Source of the DNA: Planctomycetota bacterium | GTDB lineage: Bacteria; Planctomycetota; JAJSAM01; JAJVHW01 | Length of the DNA: 64,000 nt | Assembly (NCBI GenBank): GCA_965248445.1 | Contig: CBDFJG010000004.1 | Coordinates: 1,376,001-1,440,000 of the forward strand | Direction: 5' to 3' | Shown: piece by piece, positions 1 through 7,842 of the stretch | Layout of the letters: each line of letters starts with the position of its first letter | Numbering within the stretch: position 1 is the first letter of the stretch | Notes under the pieces: model-generated | The model's input: the letters and a program-made list of their open reading frames with translations, nothing else | Told to the model about the DNA's origin: nothing | The model's database searches: none | Made by a program: the position numbers and the translations under genes

Positions 1-744
1 GACGGCGGCTGTGGCCGCCCCGGTGGGGAGCAGCACGGCGACGGGGACAGCGAACGCGAGGACCGCGCGCCGCAGCAGCGGCGCAGCGTGGGCCGGACCC
101 CGCACGTATGCCACGGCGGCGCCACCGAGGAGCGTGCAGCCGACGACCAGCCCCGCGACCAGCGCGTGGCCCTTCGATGGCATGAACTCGAGCGCTGTCC
201 AATCCACGGCGACGGCCACAGCGACGAACGCCGCTACGATCACGCAGCCGCCGCACACGGCGGTGAAGCCGCGTTGAGCGAGCGTGGATGCCAGCAGCAC
301 GGCGGTGACGAGCGGTGACGCAAAGCACAGCACCCAGAGAGAGCGTGGGACGAACTCGATGAACGTCCACGCGTGCCCGGGGTTCTTGCCGGCCAGATGC
401 ACGAGGAGCGCGGCCGCGTACGTCCACGCACCGAAGGCGACGACCACGGTGCCCAGGTACGCGAGCTTCGCGAGACCGGAGGTGCCCGGCCGCGTAGGCA
501 GCGCGGCGTAGGTCCCCGCGCGACCGGAGGCGGCGTCGGCAGCTACCAAGTCGGCGGCGATGACCAGCGCGAACAGCGTGATCAGCGCCGGTACGACGAT
601 CTGCGCCGCGACGCGCGGCGCGTCGAACTCGCTGACGCTGGCGTGCGTCACGATCAGGGCGATCGGAGCGAGCAGCGCACACACGATCGCGATCGTGCGG
701 GCGTCGCGCCACTCCTTCCGCAGGAAGCTCAGGAACCCACGCAC
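1..744 (-). CDS. ABC transporter permease (3' end runs off window)
   Basis: Read manually from GTG at 744 (MRGFLSFLRKEWRDARTIAIVCALLAPIAL...), with AAGGAGG RBS. Hydrophobic; overlaps the end of the upstream ABC ATPase. Confidence 0.75.
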   Translation of the reverse strand, partial: MRGFLSFLRKEWRDARTIAIVCALLAPIALIVTHASVSEFDAPRVAAQIVVPALITLFALVIAADLVAADAASGRAGTYAALPTRPGTSGLAKLAYLGTVVVAFGAWTYAAALLVHLAGKNPGHAWTFIEFVPRSLWVLCFASPLVTAVLLASTLAQRGFTAVCGGCVIVAAFVAVAVAVDWTALEFMPSKGHALVAGLVVGCTLLGGAAVAYVRGPAHAAPLLRRAVLAFAVPVAVLLPTGAATAAV

Positions 745-1652
745 GGCGCGACCTCCTTGCCGAGGGGCCTGGCGACCGCGGCCTTGAACACGTCATCGAG
801 ACCGCGCTGCAGGCGCTTCACGCCGGCGACCTTGGGATCGTGGTGCAGGGCCTCTTCGTAGCGCGGATCGAACTCCACATACGTCAACACGACGTCAGCG
901 CCGTTCCGTTCGGTGGCGGGATGCCCGGGGGGCGCCCAGAGAGAGTTCTCATCGTTCAGCGTGACCGCGAGCCGCACCGCGTGACGCGCGATCTCCTCGA
1001 GATCGCCTTGCAGGGTGATCCGGCCGCCGTCCATGAACGCCATTCGGTCCGCGACCCGCTCGACGTCCACCAGCGAGTGACTCACGACGAGCACGGTGCG
1101 GTGTTCGTCGCGCAGGTGCCCGAGCACGGTCGAGAGAACGTCGTGCCGGACCAGCGGATCGAGTCCCGAGAACGGTTCGTCGAGCAGAAGCAACTCGGGT
1201 TCGTGCGCAAGTGCCGCGATCAGCGCATGCTTGGCCTTCTGGCCCTTGGAGAGCGAGTTCACCTTGGCGCGCGGATCGAGATCGAGGCGCTCGACGAGCG
1301 CACTCTCCGTCGCGCGGCTCCATGTCGGATAGAACGGCTCGAGGAAGCGGAAGTAGTCCGCGACGCGCATCCACTTGGGCAGCGGCAGGTCGTGCGGCAC
1401 GTACCCCACGCGGCGGCGCACCGTCGGGCCGTCGCGTGCCGGGTCGCGTCCAAGCACGTGGATGTGACCGCGCTTCGGCGGCAGCCAGCCGATGAGCAAC
1501 CGAAGGAGCGTTGTCTTGCCTTCACCGTTGCGTCCGAGCAGCGCCGTGACGCTGCCGCGTGGGACCTCGAGGTCGACGCCGCGGAGCACTTCGGCTCGGC
1601 CGTAGCGGTGGCGCAGGCCTGTCACCTCGATGACGGGTTCGTTCTCACTCAT
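729..1652 (-). CDS. ABC transporter ATP-binding protein (YtrB-like)
   Basis: Walker A GRNGEGKTT, signature LSKGQK, Walker B LLLLDEP, H-loop. Start MSENEP overlaps the GntR stop (ATGA). Confidence 0.92.
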   Translation of the reverse strand: MSENEPVIEVTGLRHRYGRAEVLRGVDLEVPRGSVTALLGRNGEGKTTLLRLLIGWLPPKRGHIHVLGRDPARDGPTVRRRVGYVPHDLPLPKWMRVADYFRFLEPFYPTWSRATESALVERLDLDPRAKVNSLSKGQKAKHALIAALAHEPELLLLDEPFSGLDPLVRHDVLSTVLGHLRDEHRTVLVVSHSLVDVERVADRMAFMDGGRITLQGDLEEIARHAVRLAVTLNDENSLWAPPGHPATERNGADVVLTYVEFDPRYEEALHHDPKVAGVKRLQRGLDDVFKAAVARPLGKEVAPCVGS

Positions 1653-2057
1653 CGGTTCACCTTTTCTGTCGCGCTCTGCAGGGAGCGCGTTACGAGTGCC
1701 AGCGTCTCGTCGGGGGAGAGTCCCGCGGCGAGCGCCTCGTGGACTGCGCGCCCGAGTCGTTCCTCGAGCGTGCGGCGCGTCGCGCGGCGGCACTTCTGCG
1801 GCGCGCGCCGTGCGATGAAGACTCCGGAGCCGGGCCGTGTCTCGACGGTTCCCTCACGTTCGAGCTCGCGATAGGCGCGGGCCACGGTGTTGGGGTTGAC
1901 GAGTGCCGTTGCCGCCAGCTTGCGCACCGAGGGGAGCTTCTCTCCCGGCGCGAGGAGCCCAGCCGCAACGGCGAAGCGCACCTGATCGGCGATTTGCTCG
2001 CTCGGGGGGGGGGGGGGGGGGGGGCCTTCGGGTCGTCGGGTCGACTTCGATGCGCAT
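1649..2057 (-). pseudogene. GntR-family (YtrA-like) transcriptional regulator, frameshifted at poly-C tract
   Basis: N-term MRIEVDPTTRR in one frame; SEQIADQVRFAVAAGLLAPGEKLPSVRKLA...VNPNTVARAYRELEREG in another. The shift falls at the C21 run (2004-2024). Confidence 0.85.
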
Positions 2058-2112
2058 GTCGGTTCCGTCCGGGACCGTGCCCGGGGAACCGTGCTATCGG
2101 ACTAGCCCGCAC

Positions 2113-3204
2113 AGGGGCTCCCCCCTTCGCTCAGGTTGAGCGCCCGATCGGGTGACTAACATCGCACTTACAAGGAGGTGCGATGACCGGTGCCATGATC
2201 CCCTTTGCGCGCGACGACTCGCTGCCGGGCACACTCGCCGAGTTTGTCGTGAGGTTCTCCGACGAAGATCGGTGTGCAGCCCTGCTGCGCCGGTGGAAGT
2301 ACGGCGAGGGCGGCTTCCGCTGTCCAGCGTGCGGCGGCGAGGAGGCGTGGTTCCTGCCGTCACGCCGGCTCGACGAGTGTTGTGCCTGCCACAAGCAGGT
2401 TTCGCTCACCGCCGGCACCGTCATGCACGGGTCTCGCAAGCCGCTACGGCTGTGGTTCCTGGCCATGTATCTGTTCGTGTCGAGCAAGCGAGGCATCTCC
2501 GCACTCGAGCTGCAGCGCGAGCTTGGACTGGCCAAGTACCAGACCGCTTGGACATGGCTGCACAAGTTGCGAAACGCCATCGCGATGCGATCCACCGCGC
2601 CGCTGCGCGGACACCTCGAGATCGACGAGACCTGGGAAGGCGGACTGCGACATGGCCGGCCGGGGCGTCCCAAGGTCGGCGACCGCAGCGCGCTGGTCAT
2701 GGGAGCCGTCGAGATCTCACCGCGTCACGCCCTCATCGGTCGCATCCGTCTCGAATCCATCGCCGATGGTTCGGCTGACACGGTCAAGGCGTTCCTCGAG
2801 CAGCACGTCGCCGCACGCTCAGTGCTGTTCACCGACGACTGGCGTAGCTATCGAAAGCCGGCTGACGACTTGGAGCACGACCATCGACCGACCAACGTGT
2901 CGAAGTCCGACGACGAGGCACACGTTGTGCTACCTGCGATCCACCGCGTCTTCTCGCTGCTCCATCGCGTGCTCTTGGGCACGTTCCAGGGCGGCGTGCG
3001 ACGCAAGTACCTCCCCAGCTACCTGGCGGAGTTCGAGTTCCGGTTCAACCGACGCACATCGAAGCGACGTGGACTGCTGTTCCAACGACTACTCGCCTGC
3101 GCCGTGCGGCGATGCCCTCCCTTCCACTGGGAGATCGTTGGGCGAACCGATGCGCGCACGCCACTCGCCGCCGCAGCCTGACCTGAGTGAAGAGGGGATC
3201 CCCT
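2113..3204 (+). mobile_element. IS1595-family insertion sequence
   Basis: 24-bp imperfect terminal IRs (2113-2136 and 3181-3204, 21/24 match). 8-bp direct repeat GCCCGCAC at 2105-2112 and 3205-3212. Confidence 0.93.
2183..3181 (+). CDS. IS1595-family DDE transposase
   Basis: N-terminal Zn ribbon (CPACG...CCAC), HTH GISALELQRELG, catalytic motifs EIDET and TDDW, YLAEFEFRFNRR. Confidence 0.93.
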   Translation: MTGAMIPFARDDSLPGTLAEFVVRFSDEDRCAALLRRWKYGEGGFRCPACGGEEAWFLPSRRLDECCACHKQVSLTAGTVMHGSRKPLRLWFLAMYLFVSSKRGISALELQRELGLAKYQTAWTWLHKLRNAIAMRSTAPLRGHLEIDETWEGGLRHGRPGRPKVGDRSALVMGAVEISPRHALIGRIRLESIADGSADTVKAFLEQHVAARSVLFTDDWRSYRKPADDLEHDHRPTNVSKSDDEAHVVLPAIHRVFSLLHRVLLGTFQGGVRRKYLPSYLAEFEFRFNRRTSKRRGLLFQRLLACAVRRCPPFHWEIVGRTDARTPLAAAA

Positions 3205-3205
3205 G

Positions 3206-4901
3206 CCCGCACTATTCATGACGACGCTCGCGATGGCGTCCCTCGGCCGGTCCGAGCGCCCGGGCGCTCGACTTGCGGCGTTCACCGAGGTCGGCGGGGT
3301 CTCGGACGGCGGGATCTTCGTTCCGAGGGGGCGTTCAAGTCCATTTGCCGCCGCGCGGACGAGGTCTGGACGGACCGGTAGCCGGAAGCGTGTCGTTCTT
3401 CTGGCCATCGGCTGCGCTCAGACCGGCGCAGCGCCGAGCCTTCGCGCGACGCGGCACCACAGCTCGCGCCATGGGCAGGCCGCCGCGAGATGCACGACGA
3501 CGCGGCGCACCGATTCCACGACGCGGGCGCCGATCTTGAGCAGCCGTTCGCGGATCGTGTGCACCTGCCAGACTGCGGCCGTGGTGCCGCGCAACTGGTA
3601 GCGTAACTCCTGGAAGAGTACGTAGGCCGCCGCGGTCATCAGCACGCGGAACTGGTTCGCCAGGAAGCTCGAGTTGCTCGTGCGATCCACCGCCAGGCCA
3701 CCCTTGAGTTCCTTGATGCGGTTCTCGGCGTCGCCGCGACCGCAGTAGGTCTTGCAGTAGGTCGTCTCGGGCTTGTAGCTGCGCGAGACGTTGGTGACCA
3801 CGAAGCGCGCGTTGTCCTTGTTCACCTTCCCGGTGGCGACCAGCACTTGCGCCTTGAAGACCACGCGGCGGGACCTGCTCCAGCTCTTCGCCCGGTACTC
3901 GCAGTCGCCGTAGATCTGCGCCGTCTTGTCTTCCATCGCCGCCAGCACCGCAGCCGCTGTCATCTCGGCGTCGCACAGATCCAGGAGCCGCTTGTTCTTG
4001 GGCATCCCGACCACGTACTTCACGCCGAGTTCGTCCAGCGCGTCGAAGAGCCGCGAGCCGGCGAAGCCGCTGTCCAGGCGCACGAGGATCTGCGTGCGCG
4101 GAAACGCACGCCGAAGTCGCTTCACCATCCGGCGGATCGTCCGCAGCGACGTGCGGCCCTCCTTCGCGTTGCCCGGCCGCAGCCGCGCACAGAAAAGGTA
4201 CTGCTCCGGATCGCCGTCGACCGTGAGGAAGCCGAAAACCGGCAGGTAGCACCACGTGTCGTAGAAGCCGTTGAAGAGCGCTCCCTGCTGTGCACCGTGG
4301 GTCGGGTCACAGCTCGGGTCCATGTCGATCGTGATGCGCCGGGCCCCCCGGTGGCGAGCGCAAAGACGCTCGATCACGTCCTCCTCGAGCTTGCGCGACA
4401 AGGCCACGAGCTCGTGCGCCGTGACCGCGTTCTCGAAGCGCGACAGCGTCGCCTGAGACGCCAGGTCGGCGCCCTTGATCGGCGCGCGGCCCGTGACCCC
4501 CTTGAGCATCGGGTCGGTGCCCACGCGAGCCGCGTCGTTCTGGTCGCTGTAGCCCAGGCCGATCGAGAAGACGCGCTGCCGAAAGAGCTCCTCCAACGAG
4601 TGCTGCACCCGCGTCGGGTCACGACGATCCACCAACAGCGCAGCCAGACCTGCGGTCACTCCCATTCGACGGTCCACCGCGCGCAGCAGTCCCGCGCCTC
4701 CCTCGGACGTGTGCGCTTCGCCGTCGAACACGGCCGTGGTGACCTTCCCGAAGAGATCGGGAAACCGGACAGTGTGTGGGGTAGAATTCGTCACTCGGGC
4801 GTACCTCTCGCATCTGTGTAACTATTGCTCTAACAACAGTTTATGCAATGCGCGGTGCGCCCGAATCTACGTTCCGGGCGTGGCGTGATGAATTATGCAG
4901 G
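3206..4901 (-). mobile_element. IS1380-family insertion sequence
   Basis: Terminal IRs CCCGCACTATTCATGACG (3206-3223) versus reverse complement of 4884-4901 (CCTGCATAATTCATCACG), 14/18 match. CTAG duplication at 2102-2105 and 4902-4905. Confidence 0.88.
3418..4794 (-). CDS. IS1380-family transposase
   Basis: FDGEAHTSEGG, LASQATLSRFEN, IDMDPSCDPTHGAQQGALFNGFY, VRLDSGF, YCGRGDAENRIKE. Confidence 0.93.
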   Translation of the reverse strand: MTNSTPHTVRFPDLFGKVTTAVFDGEAHTSEGGAGLLRAVDRRMGVTAGLAALLVDRRDPTRVQHSLEELFRQRVFSIGLGYSDQNDAARVGTDPMLKGVTGRAPIKGADLASQATLSRFENAVTAHELVALSRKLEEDVIERLCARHRGARRITIDMDPSCDPTHGAQQGALFNGFYDTWCYLPVFGFLTVDGDPEQYLFCARLRPGNAKEGRTSLRTIRRMVKRLRRAFPRTQILVRLDSGFAGSRLFDALDELGVKYVVGMPKNKRLLDLCDAEMTAAAVLAAMEDKTAQIYGDCEYRAKSWSRSRRVVFKAQVLVATGKVNKDNARFVVTNVSRSYKPETTYCKTYCGRGDAENRIKELKGGLAVDRTSNSSFLANQFRVLMTAAAYVLFQELRYQLRGTTAAVWQVHTIRERLLKIGARVVESVRRVVVHLAAACPWRELWCRVARRLGAAPV

Positions 4902-5007
4902 CTAGCGCACCCCTCTGCTGGCGTCAGCCCTATTTCCAAGGATAGCGTGAGTCGCGGCGTTTCTAGTGACTCTTGTTCGCGCGTCGCTGTTGCCGCAGTA
5001 TCGGGGC

Positions 5008-5331
5008 ATGGGTGCGAATCCGGTCGACGAAGAGACAGGCGAGCGCGTCCGGTGGTTCCTGGCGAACCTATTTCGAGAGGCGAGGGCTGCCCACGGCCAC
5101 GGAACGCAGCAAGAGTGCGCGGATTTCACGTCGCTAGCTCTCTCGAGCGTCGAAGCGTACGAGGCGGCCAGAGCGGTGCCTGAGCACCCGGGCAACCTCG
5201 CGATTGTGCTGCATTACCTGTTCCTGGGACTCGGCGGCCTGCACGCGGAAGAGATGCGCCGGCGGATGGGCATCCAACTCGTGCCTCCGAGCAAGCGGAC
5301 GACACGCCGCCGAAGAAGTCAGCCGCAATAA
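5008..5331 (+). CDS. XRE/Cro-like HTH protein
   Basis: FREARAAHGHGTQQECADFTSLALSSVEAYEAARAVP resembles an XRE HTH. Confidence 0.6.
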   Translation: MGANPVDEETGERVRWFLANLFREARAAHGHGTQQECADFTSLALSSVEAYEAARAVPEHPGNLAIVLHYLFLGLGGLHAEEMRRRMGIQLVPPSKRTTRRRRSQPQ

Positions 5332-5347
5332 CCCTGAATTCAGGGTT
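5330..5347. promoter_or_regulatory. Perfect 18-bp palindrome (putative operator) overlapping a TTGACG -35-like hexamer
   Basis: AACCCTGAATTCAGGGTT is self-complementary; TTGACG at 5346-5351. Confidence 0.6.
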
Positions 5348-5409
5348 GACGCCGAGCGCGATCTCTGGCATGAATATCTCTCGTGCCACAAGGACTAGTG
5401 CTCGTTCAG

Positions 5410-5602
5410 CCGTTGCCCTGCTACGGGTTGCCTGATTCGTCCAACGACGGGGGCTCGCTGCGCCTTGAGGTGAGAGGGCGCCCCCCGACAACGCAGATCG
5501 TGGATCCACGCGACTCGCGGGCTTGGGCGAGTGAAGCCGGTGCACCGGAGCGACCCTCCCTTGATCGGCGATCCGGCTTGCCTGACGCCAGGAGGGCGAC
5601 GG
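5410..5602 (+). ncRNA. Candidate multi-stem structured RNA (unassigned)
   Basis: 10-bp closing stem 5410-5419/5593-5602 enclosing several hairpins; no convincing protein here. Folded by eye only. Confidence 0.3.
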
Positions 5603-5681
5603 GCCACCGTGAGAGCGCCGTCAGTAGGAGGTCGCGCCGACCCGCCGGTCAGTGCAGATATCGCGTACGAAGGGCACGCAC

Positions 5682-5993
5682 GTGAGCCGCGCGAGGCTGC
5701 CCGACCGGTACGGCAACGTCGTCGCCTGCGCCCGGGCGGTCCTGGGTCTCACCCAGGATGAGCTCGCCAACCGCGTTGGGATGTCGCCCGCATCGGTTAG
5801 CGCCGTCGAGCGTGGGTGCCAAGGGAGAGGGCCTCTCGATCGAATCGAGGACACCGCGGCGGCAATCGGCCTCACGCCTGGTCAGCTCCTCGCCCTCGCG
5901 GGAGCCGACCCGACGGAGGACCAGGAGGCCCTCGCGAACACGATCGCGCGTGCCCTAGTGGCCCGCCGCGGCGAGCTGGAGCGCTGCGCATGA
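5682..5993 (+). CDS. XRE-family HTH regulator
   Basis: ARAVLGLTQDELANRVGMSPASVSAVERG is a canonical XRE motif. Confidence 0.85.
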   Translation: MSRARLPDRYGNVVACARAVLGLTQDELANRVGMSPASVSAVERGCQGRGPLDRIEDTAAAIGLTPGQLLALAGADPTEDQEALANTIARALVARRGELERCA

Positions 5994-7186
5994 GCGCGAC
6001 GATGAGCACGACGGCGCTCCTGACCGCGCGCGAGGTCGCGGACATGCTCCGGCTGACCGAGCGGGGCGTGCAACGAATGGCCCAACGCGGTGAGATCGCC
6101 GGTTTCAAGCTGGGCGCGAGTTGGCGTTTCCTCGAGGGGGACGTTTCGACGTATAAGAGCTCGCTCAGACAGCTCGAGCGCGTGCTGCAGCTCTCCGGAC
6201 GGCGCGAGATGGCCATACCTCTCGAGGACCATCGCGGGCCCGGAGTGGCCGAGCCACCGTGCGACGGTCGGAATCGGGACTCCCGCGCGCACGAGAAGCG
6301 ATCCGCGCACATGCCGGAGATGCCGGCGGAGGAGGCCCTCGTGCCCGATAGCCTTCGTGGCTCGCCTCCACGCCTCCTGACCCGGCCTCGTCCAGACCCC
6401 GCCCTTCGCGAAGACGCGATCCGCGCCCGTGAGGGGAGCGACCCGCTCGGCCAGGAGCCGGCGGAGCGCCGCACGGGCGAGGCGTCGCAGCGGGACGTGC
6501 ACGAGGGCCCCGGTCTTCTGGCGCGTCCACGCCGCGAAGGCGAGATCCTCGCCCACCTGGGCCCAAGTGAGCCGTCGCGCCGCTCCGACGTCCGCGCCCG
6601 TCTCGCCCAGGAAGACCGCGCTCGCGCGGTAGTACCGCGGGACGGCGCGATAGAGCGCCCGGAGCTCGCGCTCGCTCAGGAACGGCGGGGCCGTGCGCGT
6701 CTCGCGGGGGAGCTGGACCTCGCGCCAGACGTTCCGCTCGAGGAGATCCACGCGAGCCGCGCTCGCCCAGGCCTTCGAGAGCGCCGACCGGTACCGTCGC
6801 GCCGTCGCCGGCGAGAATCCACGGCCGCCGATCAGCCCCTCGAGGAAGGCCTGCGCGCTCGCGACCGTCACCCCCCGCATCGGGACGCCCTCGAAGGCCT
6901 CGGCCGCCGCGAGGAGCTGACGCGATTGGTCCTTGTAGGTCGAGGCCGCGACGCGGATCGCGAGCGCCGCGGCGTAGTGGTCCGCGATGAAGGCCGCGAG
7001 AGTGGGCGCCGGCGGGACGAGGGGAGCGACGAGCTCCTCCCGAAGGGCCCGGGCGTATCGGTTCGCCTCGGACTTCGTCGTGCCCGCCCGACGGTTGACC
7101 TGGCGGCCGTCCGGCGTCCGGAATCGAACGTACCAGGCCCCGCGGTCGGCGCGTTTGTAGACGTGCGGCTCAGCCTCTCTCGGCAC
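5882..7186 (-). CDS. Tyrosine recombinase/integrase (atypical active site; C-terminal read-through)
   Basis: N-terminal arm-binding-like WYVRFRTPDGRQ, core-binding region, LRH...LGH...RYGH. Adjacent to the tRNA 3' end. Confidence 0.88.
   Translation of the reverse strand: MPREAEPHVYKRADRGAWYVRFRTPDGRQVNRRAGTTKSEANRYARALREELVAPLVPPAPTLAAFIADHYAAALAIRVAASTYKDQSRQLLAAAEAFEGVPMRGVTVASAQAFLEGLIGGRGFSPATARRYRSALSKAWASAARVDLLERNVWREVQLPRETRTAPPFLSERELRALYRAVPRYYRASAVFLGETGADVGAARRLTWAQVGEDLAFAAWTRQKTGALVHVPLRRLARAALRRLLAERVAPLTGADRVFAKGGVWTRPGQEAWRRATKAIGHEGLLRRHLRHVRGSLLVRAGVPIPTVARWLGHSGPAMVLERYGHLAPSGELQHALELSERALIRRNVPLEETPTRAQLETGDLTALGHSLHAPLGQPEHVRDLARGQERRRAHRRAHAQRSSSPRRATRARAIVFARASWSSVGSAPARARS
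5990..6175 (+). CDS. Excisionase-like DNA-binding protein (HTH_17); lacks own stop codon, end approximate
   Basis: LLTAREVADMLRLTERGVQRMAQRGEIAGFKLGASWRF. ATGA overlap with the XRE gene; the frame stays open to 7516. Confidence 0.8.
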
Positions 7187-7200
7187 GCTCTCGCCCTCGT

Positions 7201-7222
7201 TCCGGTCCCCTATCCGGTCCCC
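7201..7222. repeat. 10-bp direct repeat TCCGGTCCCC x2 (possible integrase arm-type sites)
   Basis: 7201-7210 and 7213-7222, between the int start and the tRNA-Arg 3' end. Confidence 0.5.
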
Positions 7223-7293
7223 GGCCGATGGTACCGGGCCTCCAGACCGAGCGCGAGAGTCGCCTTAAACCCCGCGCCCGCAATGGGTTCGGC

Positions 7294-7370
<77 letters not shown>

Positions 7371-7458
7371 CCATGCTGAGATTCTGGGCTGAAATTGTGT
7401 TCGGAGATTGTCTCCCATCGCGGCCCCGATCGGCGGAGCTTGGCCCGATCGACTGCAC

Positions 7459-7536
<78 letters not shown>

Positions 7537-7842
7537 ATCGTGCCGCTCGCAACGTCCCACGCGGGGACCGGCCCCTCCGAGATTCATGAGAAGGAGCGGC
7601 GCCGGTCTCGCGTCCAGGCTTGTCAAAGTGGCGCCGTCGGTCACCCGGCGGAGTCCCGTTCAACGCGCTTCGCCGTGATCCGGTTCGGTGTGTCTCGCGG
7701 GGCGCGGAGCCTAGGACCGGCCCCAGGGGCGGCGAAGCGAAATCGAGCGTGAGGCCCCGCTCGCTCCGGCTTTCCGAACCGGTGGCCGCTGCGACACAAT
7801 CCCGGTCCGCGCACGAAGGACGGCGCGGATCGGGAGGAAGAC

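Noticed and set aside
4918..5591. 10-nt complementarity CTGGCGTCAG/CTGACGCCAG as an antisense target
   Set aside because: Too short to be significant in GC-rich DNA; the first copy is better explained as a -35 element.
1..5700. att duplication of the tRNA-Arg 3' end
   Set aside because: No convincing copy found by eye; it may lie outside the window.
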